Positions 27,301 to 38,627 of a stretch of 64,000 bases of DNA are shown here, one piece after another. The translations under genes were made by a program, and so were the position numbers. The stretch covers positions 1 through 64,000 of the forward strand of contig KZ538506.1 in assembly GCA_000934665.2 (NCBI GenBank). The letters run 5' to 3'. Numbering within the stretch: position 1 is the stretch's first letter; each line of letters starts with the position of its first letter. The stretch comes from Catajapyx aquilonaris (taxonomy: Eukaryota). Under the pieces are notes generated by a model, which was given only the letters and a program-made list of their open reading frames with translations, was not told the origin of the DNA and ran no database searches.

Positions 27301-29127
27301 AATTTGTCTAAAGTGCAATATATTGCACCTGCAGGATCTGGGGGTTAAGCAAAGACCTAAATCATTATAATAACTGTATGTCTGTATATGAGTCTGAATG
27401 CCTTCTTTTTTTCCAGGGCTCAGCTGATGTGTAATGACTACATCAATGACTACAAGTACACCATTACTAAAGGAAACTGGGACCCAAATGTGTTTAATCT
27501 AAACAAACATGGCGACAAGCATAAAGAAGTGTGACATAGAGCAGTGCAATTACCCTCGATGCTGTTATGACTAGCCAAATTGCATGTGATCAGCATTCTC
27601 ATTTCCAGGTGGTGGCCGAGACTGAGGAAGTGGATGCAGAAGGCAACCTCCATGCCAATTACAATTTTGAGGAGCTAGGATGCCCACTGGAACCACATGT
27701 GACAGACTCATTTGTACCTGAGGTGCACCTAATCGAAGGTGGGGTGGACAAGGGGGAGGTGGACGCTGACTATGTCATACATGAGGTGCATGGTCTAAAT
27801 ACCTTCACCTACAAGAAGAAAGTCAAGAACTCAGGATGCAAATACAAGCCACAGAGCTGGGACGAGATGTCTTCCAATTTGCAGAATTACAATGGGACAT
27901 ATGGTAGAATATGGACAAGAAAAGTGAGCCATGCAAACATTTTCCATTATTTTTTTTCCCATGTCAACAATGCTCAAAGTTTCATATATTGTATGGAATG
28001 CACGCATGTTTACATGAGGACATACTTAACTGCCATAGCAGTCTATGAGGCAGTGTTTCTCTTTGCTGAATGTTTCAACATCAGCCAAAATTATCAACAA
28101 TGAAGAGGAAAGCCGATTCATCAATAGCTGCAGCAGCTACGTATACACGTCATGTAAAATAACCTTAGCATGGCTGCTGGCAAAGCTTACCAAGTTTCAC
28201 GGCAGGGTTTTCTTAATTACTAATTCCATTTTTAGGGTAAGGAGCACCGAACTTGGGAAAGAAAATCCAGCAACAATAGTAATTTTAATGAGTTCGGTGT
28301 TTCCTGCCCTTAGCCAAGCTCGGGCTTCAACATTATTTTCACTTCCACATTTGCCTGGCATATTATAAAAGGACACGTTGCTTCCAGAACTACTTCGATT
28401 GCACAAAAGACCCTGTTGACTCATCTCGCTCGAAACTCTCTAAGCTCCCACCTAAAGACCAGGACAAAGCTTTTCAGGTGATGGGGAAGCGATGGGGAAA
28501 TGCTATCACATGGGGACCTTCAAAGCAGTAGTGAGTTCAAATCCTTAACCACTTCCATTCACAACATTTCGCATGGCTTGCTGTTGTCAGAATCAATCTA
28601 GGCATGTAATCAACTCTCTCTTTTCATTGGCTAGCATTTATGTTTTTGAAGTGCGGGTAGTTGACCCTATGTACACATACTGTGATCTGAGAACCAGATT
28701 TGGAGTCACAATTGGTGAAGAACTGGGGGAATCGCCTTTTCCTGAACTGGTACTGTGGGCTGTCACATGTATCATTGGTAAGAACGTTTTGAAAATTACA
28801 CCCCATTTTGCAGGGGAAAAATAACACCCCCCCCCCCTCTTTATTTCTCAAGGTTTTATTATGGTTGCCATATATTACCACATGAGCAAAACTTACGCTG
28901 CCCGCCAGGAGAGAGAGCATGAGCAGATTGAAAACTTTGAGGTGGCAAGCAGGCAAATCATGAAGGATGGAAAGGGAATGGCCACCAAGTATTCCAAGTG
29001 CCTGGACTCAAATACTTGGGAGCAAATAAGAAGGAACGTGGAGAGAGAGAAGATGAAGCAACGGCAGACATACTCTGTATTTACACCTTTCAGAAAGCTC
29101 ATGGATGCTCTGGGCATAGAGAAATGA
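24356..29127 (+). CDS. CATSPERD: Cation channel sperm-associated auxiliary subunit delta-like (CatSper delta/TMEM146 family; epsilon less likely), type I membrane protein, 16 exons, ~927 aa
   Basis: Exons 24356-24435, 24497-24549, 24645-24725, 24823-24851, 25020-25108, 25205-25398, 25457-25574, 25656-25830, 25949-26387, 26443-26853, 26914-27040, 27417-27528, 27609-27923, 28388-28530, 28635-28777, 28853-29127; all GT-AG, phase-consistent, 2784 nt with no internal stop. Signal peptide, large ectodomain, one C-terminal TM (LVLWAVTCIIGFIMVAIYY). Motifs match remembered CATSPERD: LPIQIPES, NLCC, WYTDNSGQL, GKCEV, ISLSNP, ACPPNKKI, YNFEELGCPL, VDADYVIHEVHG, CKYKPQSW, WTRKNYFDC, YVFEVRVVDPMYTYCDLRTRF. 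Confidence 0.85.
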
Positions 29128-29244
29128 GATGAGAATTTGAACACTTAAGTGAGTTGTAATAATGCTTTGTGTTTGGTAATACATTCTGGTCAACTACAAT
29201 GATTGGATCAAATGAATTTGAATGACAAACAAAAAGTACAAAAA

Positions 29245-32200
29245 TTACAGAGACATTTTTCTTCCTTCAATGCTGATTTGCACTGCTCGCTGGGTCTTAA
29301 GCATCTTCTTGCGTTCCACAAATGTGCGGATGTGCTTGTCCAAGCGAGAAGAAGTCTTCTTGGTGTTCTACAGAAAGTTATTCACAACGTAAATATGTCA
29401 TATTACATGTTGCGTAATGCATTACTTCATTGCAAAGTGGTCTGACTGCGATAAACATGAACAAAAAAGATGTTTGGTAACTCTTTCATTCTGAGCCAAA
29501 GGCAGGTCATTATTCCTAATCATACGATGGTCGTAATCACAGAGTGATGAACTTTCTTAGCAATAATAATGGGAGGCAATCCAATCAATTTAATGGAGTA
29601 TTCCAGTAGGACTCACCTTACTAATGTCAGTGTCCACATTCCACTTGGGTCTAACCACATAATCCTTTGTGGATGGCATTGGGACTCGTGCCCTTGGAAC
29701 CCACCCAGGGTCACCAGGCCGCAGAGCTCTACAAGTGCATAATTTCAATAATTATTTAAAAGGCAGTCAAAATATGAAAAATGGATCCAGAATCTGGATC
29801 AACTGATGCAATTTTTCATAACATATATAACATAATCAAGATGGGTGGACACCATCTTCATGGTTCAGAAAATCTTTGGGGGGAAAAGACTCATGACGTT
29901 TGATAGGACTGGGAAATCCAAAGCAGATTGACAGTCTCAAAAAACCTTCTGGCTGGTAGGCAACACTTTCACTTGCTAAACAGTACTTCAGAAAATTACC
30001 TTTAACATTATTAGTCAACTGCAAAAAATTCTGCATTTACACCTGTCACTAAAAACCACGGAAGACAACTCACTTCTCTTCCCCAGTCAACACCTTGTTA
30101 ATGTCTGGCCTGGGTGTCCGACCTCCTTCATCTGACCTCCTCCTCTTGGGCATTTGCTCGAGGTCACGCTGCTCACGCTCCTCTTTGCTCAAGGCTGTCA
30201 GCATGCAACAATTTAAAAAATTATCAGCAAATTTCAGTTGCAGCTTACACACTACTCATGTAAAATAATAAAAAATTCACATACACAAGCAAAAGACATT
30301 TGACAATGCATCACGCTATGACTGACAGTGAGTGAACATAGATATCAATACCTAGAAATAGACCCAACACTATTTAAACGTCACATCCTTTGCTTGCTAC
30401 AGTCCCGTTAAGGAAATTCCATTGGCCCGAACTTTCCTTTTCAGCACGAGAAGTAGTGTGGGTTACGAGAGAGAAGTTGTACGAACAGGGCTCACCTTTG
30501 AGATCAGCAGACAAATTAAAGATGGGTCTGGCCCACTCGTTGATCAGCCTACCAGCCCTCTCTTTATTCTCCTTGGTCTCCTTGGGATGCTTGTAGAGAT
30601 ACATGACTGCCTTCCCGATGCCAGATTCCTTAAGCAGTGACTGATCAATGTGTGGAAACTCTGGCAACAGCTTCATCAAGCTCTCTCGTATCCTGGGGGC
30701 AGGTAGGCTGCGGTCAGGCATTGGGGCCATCCAGTCTGTCAGCACCGCTAAGATGTTGTGCTCTAGAAAGGCCATCTGCAGGTCATGCTTCTTCAGCTGG
30801 GACATTACGGTTGGAAGCATGGCAATCTTTTTAGTCGCTGGCCGACGTTCACGATTCAGCTGGCGGTCTTCCTCTGATGCCACTCTCATGTCTGAGATTA
30901 GCTGCGAAATCAGGTCGTCATTGTCATTAATGATGTCAACATCTTTGCGTCGTCGTCTTCGGTACTGTTCACCCTTCTTGCGCTGCATCATCAAATCAAA
31001 GTCAGACTCCATGCTGCCACCATGCCTATGCAACAGAAAGAGAAAATCCTTCAGTTAGCAGAATGCTCTGAAGCAAACCACACCCTAAACATTTGCTGGA
31101 ACCAACCTGTCTCCATCGTCAATCCCCTCATCATCACTGTCTGACACGTCTGGAAGCACGACTCCCTCTGCCTTCTCTTTCTCTCCTGCTTCCTCAGGAG
31201 CCTCATCACCCTCCTTCTTCTTCACTTCCTCTCCCTCCCCCCCACTTTCAGATCCCTTCTCCTTGTCCTTCTCTTTCTCCACACCTTCATCTTCATCCTC
31301 ACTCTTCTTGCCTTCATCATCTGAGTGCCCTCCTGCTTTCTCATGGTCCGATTCAGAGTCTGAAGCCACATGGATTCTTCGCCTCTGTCAATTAATATTA
31401 ACATGTTAAGGATAACCAATTCATATCGCGGGATTATTATGAAAAAGATTACTACCTTCTTCTGAGGAGTCTTCTTCTCACTGTCGCTATCACTGTCGCC
31501 ACTAACAGACCCTCCCCTCTTCGCTTTGGTCCGCCCCACAACGGCCTCATCGTCACTATCACCATCGCTACCAGACTTTCTTCCCTTATCATTGCCATCC
31601 TCATTGTCACTGTCGACTACAGATCTCCTCTCCTCCACCTCATCATCTGAATTGTTACCTTTCCCACCCCCACCACGAGAAGGTCCTGGAGACCTTTGAT
31701 GGGATGAGGACCTGGATCCCCCAGGAGAGGAAGATCTGGATCTGGACCTGGATGAGTGGGAATTGGCAGGAGACGGGGATCTTGACGTGGCTTTCCGATT
31801 GGGAGATGGGGATCTGGAGGCAGCTTTCCTGCTAGGTGATGGGGAGCGGGATTCCGAACCAGATCGGGATGCGGCAGGGGAGTGAGAGGATGATCGTGAT
31901 CTGGACCCTGCAGGAGAAGGGGATCTAGGTCTGGACCGGTCACCTGCAGGCGAGCTACGACCTGACTGGCTGCCTGTAGGCGAGGCAGGGCCTGACTGGC
32001 TGCCTGCAGGTGAAGCAGGGCCTGAATGGCTTCCTGTAGGTGAAGCAGGGCCTGAATGGCTTCCTGTAGGTGAAGCAGGGCCTGACTGGCTGCCTGTAGG
32101 TGACGCAGGGCCTGACTGGCTGCCTGCAGGTGACGCAGGGCCTGACTGGCTGCCTGCAGGTGACGCAGGGCCTGACTGGCTGCCTGCAGGTGACGCCGGG

Positions 32201-32802
32201 CCTGACTGGCTGCCTGTAGGTGAAGCAGGCCCTGACTGGCTGCCTGTAGGTGAAGCAGGCCCTGAATAGCTGCCTGCAGGTGAAGCAGGCCCTAATTGGT
32301 TTCCCGCAGGAGAATGTGGCCCTAGTGGGGAACTTGGGCCAGATTGATTTGATCGAGGAGAAGCAGCTGGAGATTGGCTGGGTGAAGGGGAATGGGATCC
32401 AGAACGTGAGCGGTTGCTAGGGGTGGGGGACCCAGATCTGGGCTGTGACGGGGACATGGGTGATCCAGGGGGTGATCCAGATGGAGACCTGGGAGGGTAT
32501 CCAGGAGAGTCAGGAGGTGACACGGAAGGTGACCTAGGAGTTATTGCAGGTGAGCCAGGAGGTGATTGAGAAGGGGACCTTGGAGAAGGAGAGGCCGGGG
32601 GTGAATCAGGTGACCTTGGCATCACTTCAGGAGAGCCAGGTGGTGACCCACTAGGGGACCTGGGAGGTGACCCAGATGGAGACCTTATCCTGGATCTAGA
32701 AGCATGGCTTCCTGAGTTGGAAGAAGCATCATCGACGTCCATGTCCTCCTCAGGCTGATCCTGTTCAATGTCAGAGCTTGACTGGCTCATGTTTGTAGCC
32801 AT
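29245..32802 (-). CDS. IWS1: IWS1 (Spn1) transcription elongation factor, 6 coding exons, ~836 aa
   Basis: Exons 32802-31456, 31384-31107, 31025-30496, 30194-30074, 29728-29617, 29367-29245 (2511 nt). TFIIS-N-like core ([54 protein letters not shown]), [19 protein letters not shown]-terminal [14 protein letters not shown]. Confidence 0.95.
31942..32301 (-). repeat. Coding 30-bp tandem repeat, ~12 copies, encoding S(Q/H)SGPASP(A/T)G
   Basis: Plus-strand unit tga(a/c)gcagggcctgactggctgcctg(c/t)agg, visible with period 30. Confidence 0.95.
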
Positions 32803-33008
32803 TTGGAATTCTCTTCAGAAGATGCAACCCTGTAACTGTAAAGAAACCTATTTGTTGTACGTAACTCTAGAGGAGGGTTGTAAGTAAAGTATTGACAAGA
32901 CTGTCAGTAACTCAAATGCTGGCTCTCTTCATGGCACATACTCAGAAGTCGACACAGCCCATTCTGAAGGGCCTTCACAGGCCAAGACAGCCTTCATATT
33001 CACATGAA

Positions 33009-33135
33009 GTGCAGAAAACTAAACAACGATCTGACGTCATCACAGTTTCCATGGAAATATCCTCACAGAACAATACGAGTGAACAAAAAGCAACAATGGA
33101 AGAAACGATCACGTCAGATCGTTCTCCATACATTA
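33009..33135. mobile_element. MITE copy (same family as 46942-47093), degenerate
   Basis: Shares aacgatctga.gtcatca...ggaaatatcctcacagaacaata.gagt...aacaaaaagcaacaatggaag with the reverse complement of 46942-47093. Confidence 0.75.
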
Positions 33136-33811
33136 TCAGCCCATTCTTACAAGTAAGGTAATATCATTGTGATTAACAGAATAAACTCTACAATATGTTC
33201 ACAAAATTCGGGCAGTTTCCCTAGGATCAAAACTTGTAATTCTCCCGGTCGTTTTGCTATCACCAAAAAGCAAAATTATCAGGATCATTGGTCAAATGCA
33301 CGGAAAGGCTATACTACCCATGAGAGGGAAAATGTCGTGATGATGATGATGGCCCCTTGGATCAAGATCTATGTTGCACAAGGTAAAACTGTATCCTCCC
33401 ACAAGTTTGGCAAAAGGTGCGAAAAAAGAAGAATACAATGACAGTATGAAATTGACCACTTTCCAGTTGCACGCCTCTAGTGGCCAACAACGAACGTTCA
33501 ATCCCATGTAGCAGGATACAATCAACCCTGCTTCCCTACCAGGATTGACCTCACCATCTGGGGTTAAGAGGATTAAAAACATGTCAATGCTTCAATCAAA
33601 CCACAGCCCATGTTTCACAGCCACAAGCGGATGTTGCAGCCTTTGACCAGGTATGGCACATTCTAAATCAGGCATGTCTGAGAGACAGGGCTTGAATGCG
33701 TCCACCCGCAGTGTGATTTATACACCATCAAGCGAAGTGTCAACAGAATTCATTCCTCCAGCAAAATCTTGCAACATCTACACTATAAGCCGCAACACAT
33801 TAAAAGACCAT

Positions 33812-33966
33812 CTGGTGAGCCTCCCATGGAGCATCAATTGTTAATGCTCTTCTAATGCTCTTGTCATGCTTTCTTGTTGCTCTTCTAATGCTCTTGTGAT
33901 GCTTTTATGCCGCTAAAAAGCATCACAAGATTATTAGAAGAACATTAAAAATGGGAGTCTCATCAG
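33812..33966. mobile_element. MITE with 16-bp TIRs and internal aatgct/agcat repeats
   Basis: TIRs ctggtgagcctcccat / atgggagtctcatcag. A related left end occurs at 39853 (ctagtgagactcccatggcgcatcaatt). Confidence 0.7.
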
Positions 33967-34165
33967 TTACGCTTTTAATGCTTTCTGGTTTACAGTGCAG
34001 TTGTGCACCTATTGAGGCCATGCAGTTCCATCTCCTGCGGTACGTCTACGCCCCAGAATAGGTCCGAACATCTGATGACGGTCACAATGCCCCTTCCCCT
34101 ATCGAACCAGACAACAGCTGCACGAATGTCCATCCCCTCCCAGCTCTTCCTTCCTTCCTACTCAC

Positions 34166-35341
34166 CGATTCAGACCCTCCTGACCGATCCGAAAATCCTT
34201 CCAGCTCAGCCGTGGTCTCACCACAGAGCAGATGAGGGCAGCAGAGCGAAAAACCGACCCCAATAAACCAGGGTTACGCGGCGGCCATATTGCCCCATCC
34301 GGAGAAGAGTTATCGCGCAAGGGTACCAGGCACACACCTCCTCCGCCACTTGCATCACTCTTAACCCACATCCAGTGCACCACTGGCACTTTTAAAATAT
34401 ACGGATTGTCTTGATCGGACGATGGAATTAAAATAAATAGAGTGCGAGATTAGTGGGTTGTAAAGGGGGAGGAGGAGGAGGAGATGGTCGGCCATGTTGC
34501 CTCCAGTTTTTTTTCCTTCCACATTTTCATCACATTTTATTATTTCCTCCCCATTTGAAGTGGAGGGGCCGCTGCACAGGAACGTGAGGTTGCTTCGGAT
34601 GGACATGGTTTGAGTGGTCTGGATGGTCCACACTTGTTATGGGGTGAAACCGTGGGTTCAGAGTTGGGGGGTGACATGTCCGCTCTTGACAAATGCATGT
34701 TGACCTGTTCTGGGTCAATGGAACAGGGGCCTTATGCCATTCGAGTGATGATGCTCGGTTAAATGAGGTCAGAACAGGTCAGGTGCACCCTTGCCTGCAT
34801 TGTCACCACTTGAAATTGGCAGGTACTACAACTGCATGAGTGACAATCAATTAGAGCCATTCGCGAGTAATGGTGTAAAGATTAAATTAATTCGACTTAT
34901 GAAGGCCTGCGTACACTGAGACTGAAGTTCAGTTGAAATCCAGCTGAAGTCCGGTCCAAGTTCTTAAAAGTCTGTCGTACACTATAGTATCAAACGATGA
35001 ACCCAAGGCTCCTCAACCTTTCTACCCTTGCGGAACCCTGAAAAGAATACTGATGTCTCAGAGAACCCCTACGTAAAAATTATTATACCGCAACTAAATT
35101 ACTCAAAAAAACATTGACATATGATTAGCCTATTCATCACTATAGTTCGTAAAGCGCTGGACTAACCCCTCGAATAAATTACTACTTGTACGAGTATTCT
35201 GAGAGGCAGCAAATACTGTACGTATGATTGCAAACAGCTTAGGAAGCATGTGCTGCAAATTGGCAATGGTCCTGCATAAATTACGGTGCTTAATCTCTTT
35301 TGCGTCCAATTTATTCATTGCCCTACTTGCAGTTCTGAGAA
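34166..35341. promoter_or_regulatory. Divergent promoter region IWS1 / UVRAG, including probable IWS1 non-coding first exon
   Basis: Strong minus-strand donor G|GTGAGT at 34166/34165 and tandem acceptors at 32836 and 32830 just upstream of the IWS1 ATG. YY1-like ATGGCCG motifs on the minus strand near 34285 and 34492. Confidence 0.45.
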
Positions 35342-37819
35342 ATGGCGTACCAGCAGGTGACCCCTCGTGGGAAGGAGTGGATCCCGCTGTGCACACAGCA
35401 GCTGCGTCTGCGCAATTTGCTGCAGATTTTGGCCACCAATTTGCAGTTGGATCAGGTTCCGGATGAGCAGCAGCAGGAGCGATCCCCGTGGCCCATTCAG
35501 CAGGGCGTGTCAGTTCATTACACGCTTCACGTGACTGTCATGTCGCCACCGTTTTATACTAGTGAGAAGATGTCGGATACGCCAAACCCCCGCTGGAAAG
35601 AGATTGAGCCAGGTCGATTTGCGCAGGATGTTAACACTGCCCTTCCAGGAGTGGTGGTCAGGATTTGGGCAACTGGGGACCGCCCCATGGGAGATCGACT
35701 GGTCACCATGTGGGGCGTGTTCTTCAGCGGACTCACTTACATTGGTCACTCCCCCCCTGTTAATCCAAAACTGTACTCAACCAACACAATACTGTTCCGG
35801 ATGCATGGAGGGTACTTCACTGCGGTTGATTGTTTGGCAGAACCCGTTGAAAAAGCACGTGTAATTCAGGCGTCAATGGATAAGGGCGAGGTGCAGCCAA
35901 GCTATTCGGTTAATTTGTTATCCCGCCTGCACATGATTCAGCGGGCAATTAGACAGCAGATGCAAGCATCTAAAAAACTGCGAGATCAAATCATCTCCAG
36001 GGGATTTGAGGATGCGCCAAACAGCCGTCGCCCACTAGTCACACGCCGGCTGATGTCGCCTGCTCGTGCGGCACAGCGCGGGACTATAATGAAGCTGAAG
36101 GTGGAAATGGAGGATGTTCGGTTCCGCGTTCGATTGCTCCAGGCTGAAAAGGAGGCCAAGCAGTACAAGATGCGCCGTCTCCTTACACAGTGCGAGGCGG
36201 CAATGGAATGTAACCAGGAAAAGGGTAGTGATCTGATGGGAAAGTTTCAGGATCTGCATAAGGAGAAGGAGAAGCTGCGGGAATGGGAATGTGCACACCT
36301 GGAGAGTCAGGAGGTGTTTCTGCAGACCCAGGCGCAGCTGACCCTTCGCCAAAAGCAACTCATCTCAGAATTGAATGTCATATATCCAATCGCACAGCTT
36401 CCCAGCAGCTTGTACACCATATGTGATGTGCACCTCCCAGACTCGGAGGATTTCATGGGGCATGAAGAAGTGATGATATCTGTGGCGTTAGGGTATGTGG
36501 CGCATGTGTCCCAGATGATATCACATTTCCTGCAGATTCCTCTCAGATATCCGGTGCTGCATTGTGGTTCTCGGAGCCGGATTATTGACCACATAATCGA
36601 CAAGCTGCCTGACAAGGATCGAGAGTGAGTTGATATTGGGTCGCTTTTAAAAAGAGGGAATAACACTGCGACTAATCTACAGTGCAAACTGTCTCATCAG
36701 TTGCGTTCACTTACCTGTTTGTCACTCGTTTGTTCCAGGTTCCCATTATACTCCAAGGGCAAGGACAAGTATCAGTTCAAATATGCAGTGTACCTTCTTA
36801 ACAAGGATGTGGCTCAGCTGCGATGGTACTGTGGCCTTCCCACACGTGATTTGCGTACTACTCTTCCCAACCTGGCTGGTCTGCTTCAGCTGTACCCTGG
36901 AACTGCCACGTATGTTACGAAAATGCAGAATTGGTTCAATAAAATTTCACTGGTAATCAGTAACATGTCTGCCACCTCCATGTGATGAAAATACTAAGTT
37001 TCATTGGCAGTGTGTGGGCAGTTGATTGGTATGTATTGTCTGAAAACGATGCGTATTCTTCCTTGCAGCATGCTTTCAGAGCCAACGCTTCCAGTATTTC
37101 CACGTAGACTGACCTCTCAGCCACCTGGGAAGTTCCTGCCGAGGATCGACCACCGTGACAGTGGTGGTGGAGGAAGTGATCCTGGGCGTGTCTCCATGGA
37201 CCTGGCTGCCTCCGAGCGCAAGGGACATCGCTACTCCAAGTCAATGGACATCCGTGACCTGAAGCTGATGGAGCTAACCCCACATGTGCCACCCACTGGG
37301 ACATCTGCAGACACTCTTGCCAACAGTGCCTCCCTGAGCTACTCCCTGGACAAAGGGCTGGATGAGTTTGAAGCCATGACCACATCGGGTGGGCGGATCG
37401 AGGGCAATGGCACAGCTTGCAGCGGATCTGAAGCCAGCCTAACAGTTGACGGAGAGCAAGATTCTGAGGTGATTGAGCAGGAGGATGAAGGACACAAGAC
37501 GCGGCAGTTCCTCCAGGAGTGGCACTCGGAGACACCACTGTACTACATGGAGGACGAGTTGGCACACACAGAAAAGGTGGTCCATGAAGAGGAGGTGGTT
37601 GTAAAAGAGGAACCTCTGGAAGCCAAAGAGGCACCTGCAGATGCAACAGAGGCACCGCCAGGAGAATCCCAGAAAGAAGTGCCAGAGAGCACTGCAGATT
37701 CAGACGCTGACTCATCTTGGGCTAATGTTGCCAGCAGGACGGAAGCCCTTGCTAATCGCACTCGCAGTTTCAATCTCGTGCGTTCCAGGCACAATACCCT
37801 GGAAGACTGCAAGTCATGA
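35342..37819 (+). CDS. UVRAG: UV radiation resistance-associated protein (Vps38, PI3KC3 complex II), 3 exons, ~734 aa
   Basis: Exons 35342-36624, 36739-36909, 37069-37819 (2205 nt). [15 protein letters not shown]2 domain ([22 protein letters not shown]), coiled coil, BARA2 ([46 protein letters not shown]). Confidence 0.93.
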
Positions 37820-38627
37820 GCAAACATTAACCAAGCTTAACCTGTAAAGAAGAGATGCAACCAATATGTGGGCTTCTGTGATATGATCAAAGTTTTGCTA
37901 TGTTGACGACTGGTGTGTGGATTACCACTGCCAAAAATAAAAGCTACTAATAAAAGTAAAAAAAACCCTTTCTCAAGGTAGGGACCAAAACGGAAGGAAA
38001 AAAAGAGCGGCATTCCAGAGATGCAAAATCCCCAAGTGGTAAAAAAAAAACAACCAACAATGCAAAAATCCTATCACTATCATGTAACATTAGCTTTTTG
38101 TCCCCTAATCAATCCCGAGTGACAATTGGCCACTACAAAACTAGTCATTTCTGCCTCTGTGTAGCCCCATTCGTTATATTTGCCATTATATTTCGTGTGC
38201 CATGGGCGCACATTTTCATATCAAAAAATGTGGTAGCCGATGTATGGAAAAGGGGGACAGCTTTTATAAAGTTGAACCCCTGGGTGCAATTATTCAAGAT
38301 CTAATGTACATAACATACTTGAGAGTTAGTGAATAAATAATTTTGCAGCACTTGGTTCATTTCAATCCCACGTATCACAATTAAAGACATTGCAGGAATA
38401 TCATACTGCATTTTATTCGTTATAGGAGGAAGGGGGTGGGGGGGAATTCACTAATTCGGACACTGGAGAAATGGTCCCATTGAATCCTTTTGGGTTTTTA
38501 CAAATGTCTCCTTGATTTTTGTAAAAACAACCTTCATTTCACCGACGACAAACGTGCACTGCATTGAACTGCAGCACCTTTTTTATATATTAATATATGT
38601 ACACAACAACATAAAAGCTTCCCATCT

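Noticed and set aside
31942..32301. Regular 30-bp array resembling CRISPR
   Set aside because: No unique spacers; it is an in-frame coding repeat in a eukaryotic exon.
36957..37715. 252-aa minus-strand ORF
   Set aside because: Antisense shadow of UVRAG exon 3 with no recognisable motifs; the same applies to the antisense ORFs over DKC1, IWS1 and UBAC2.
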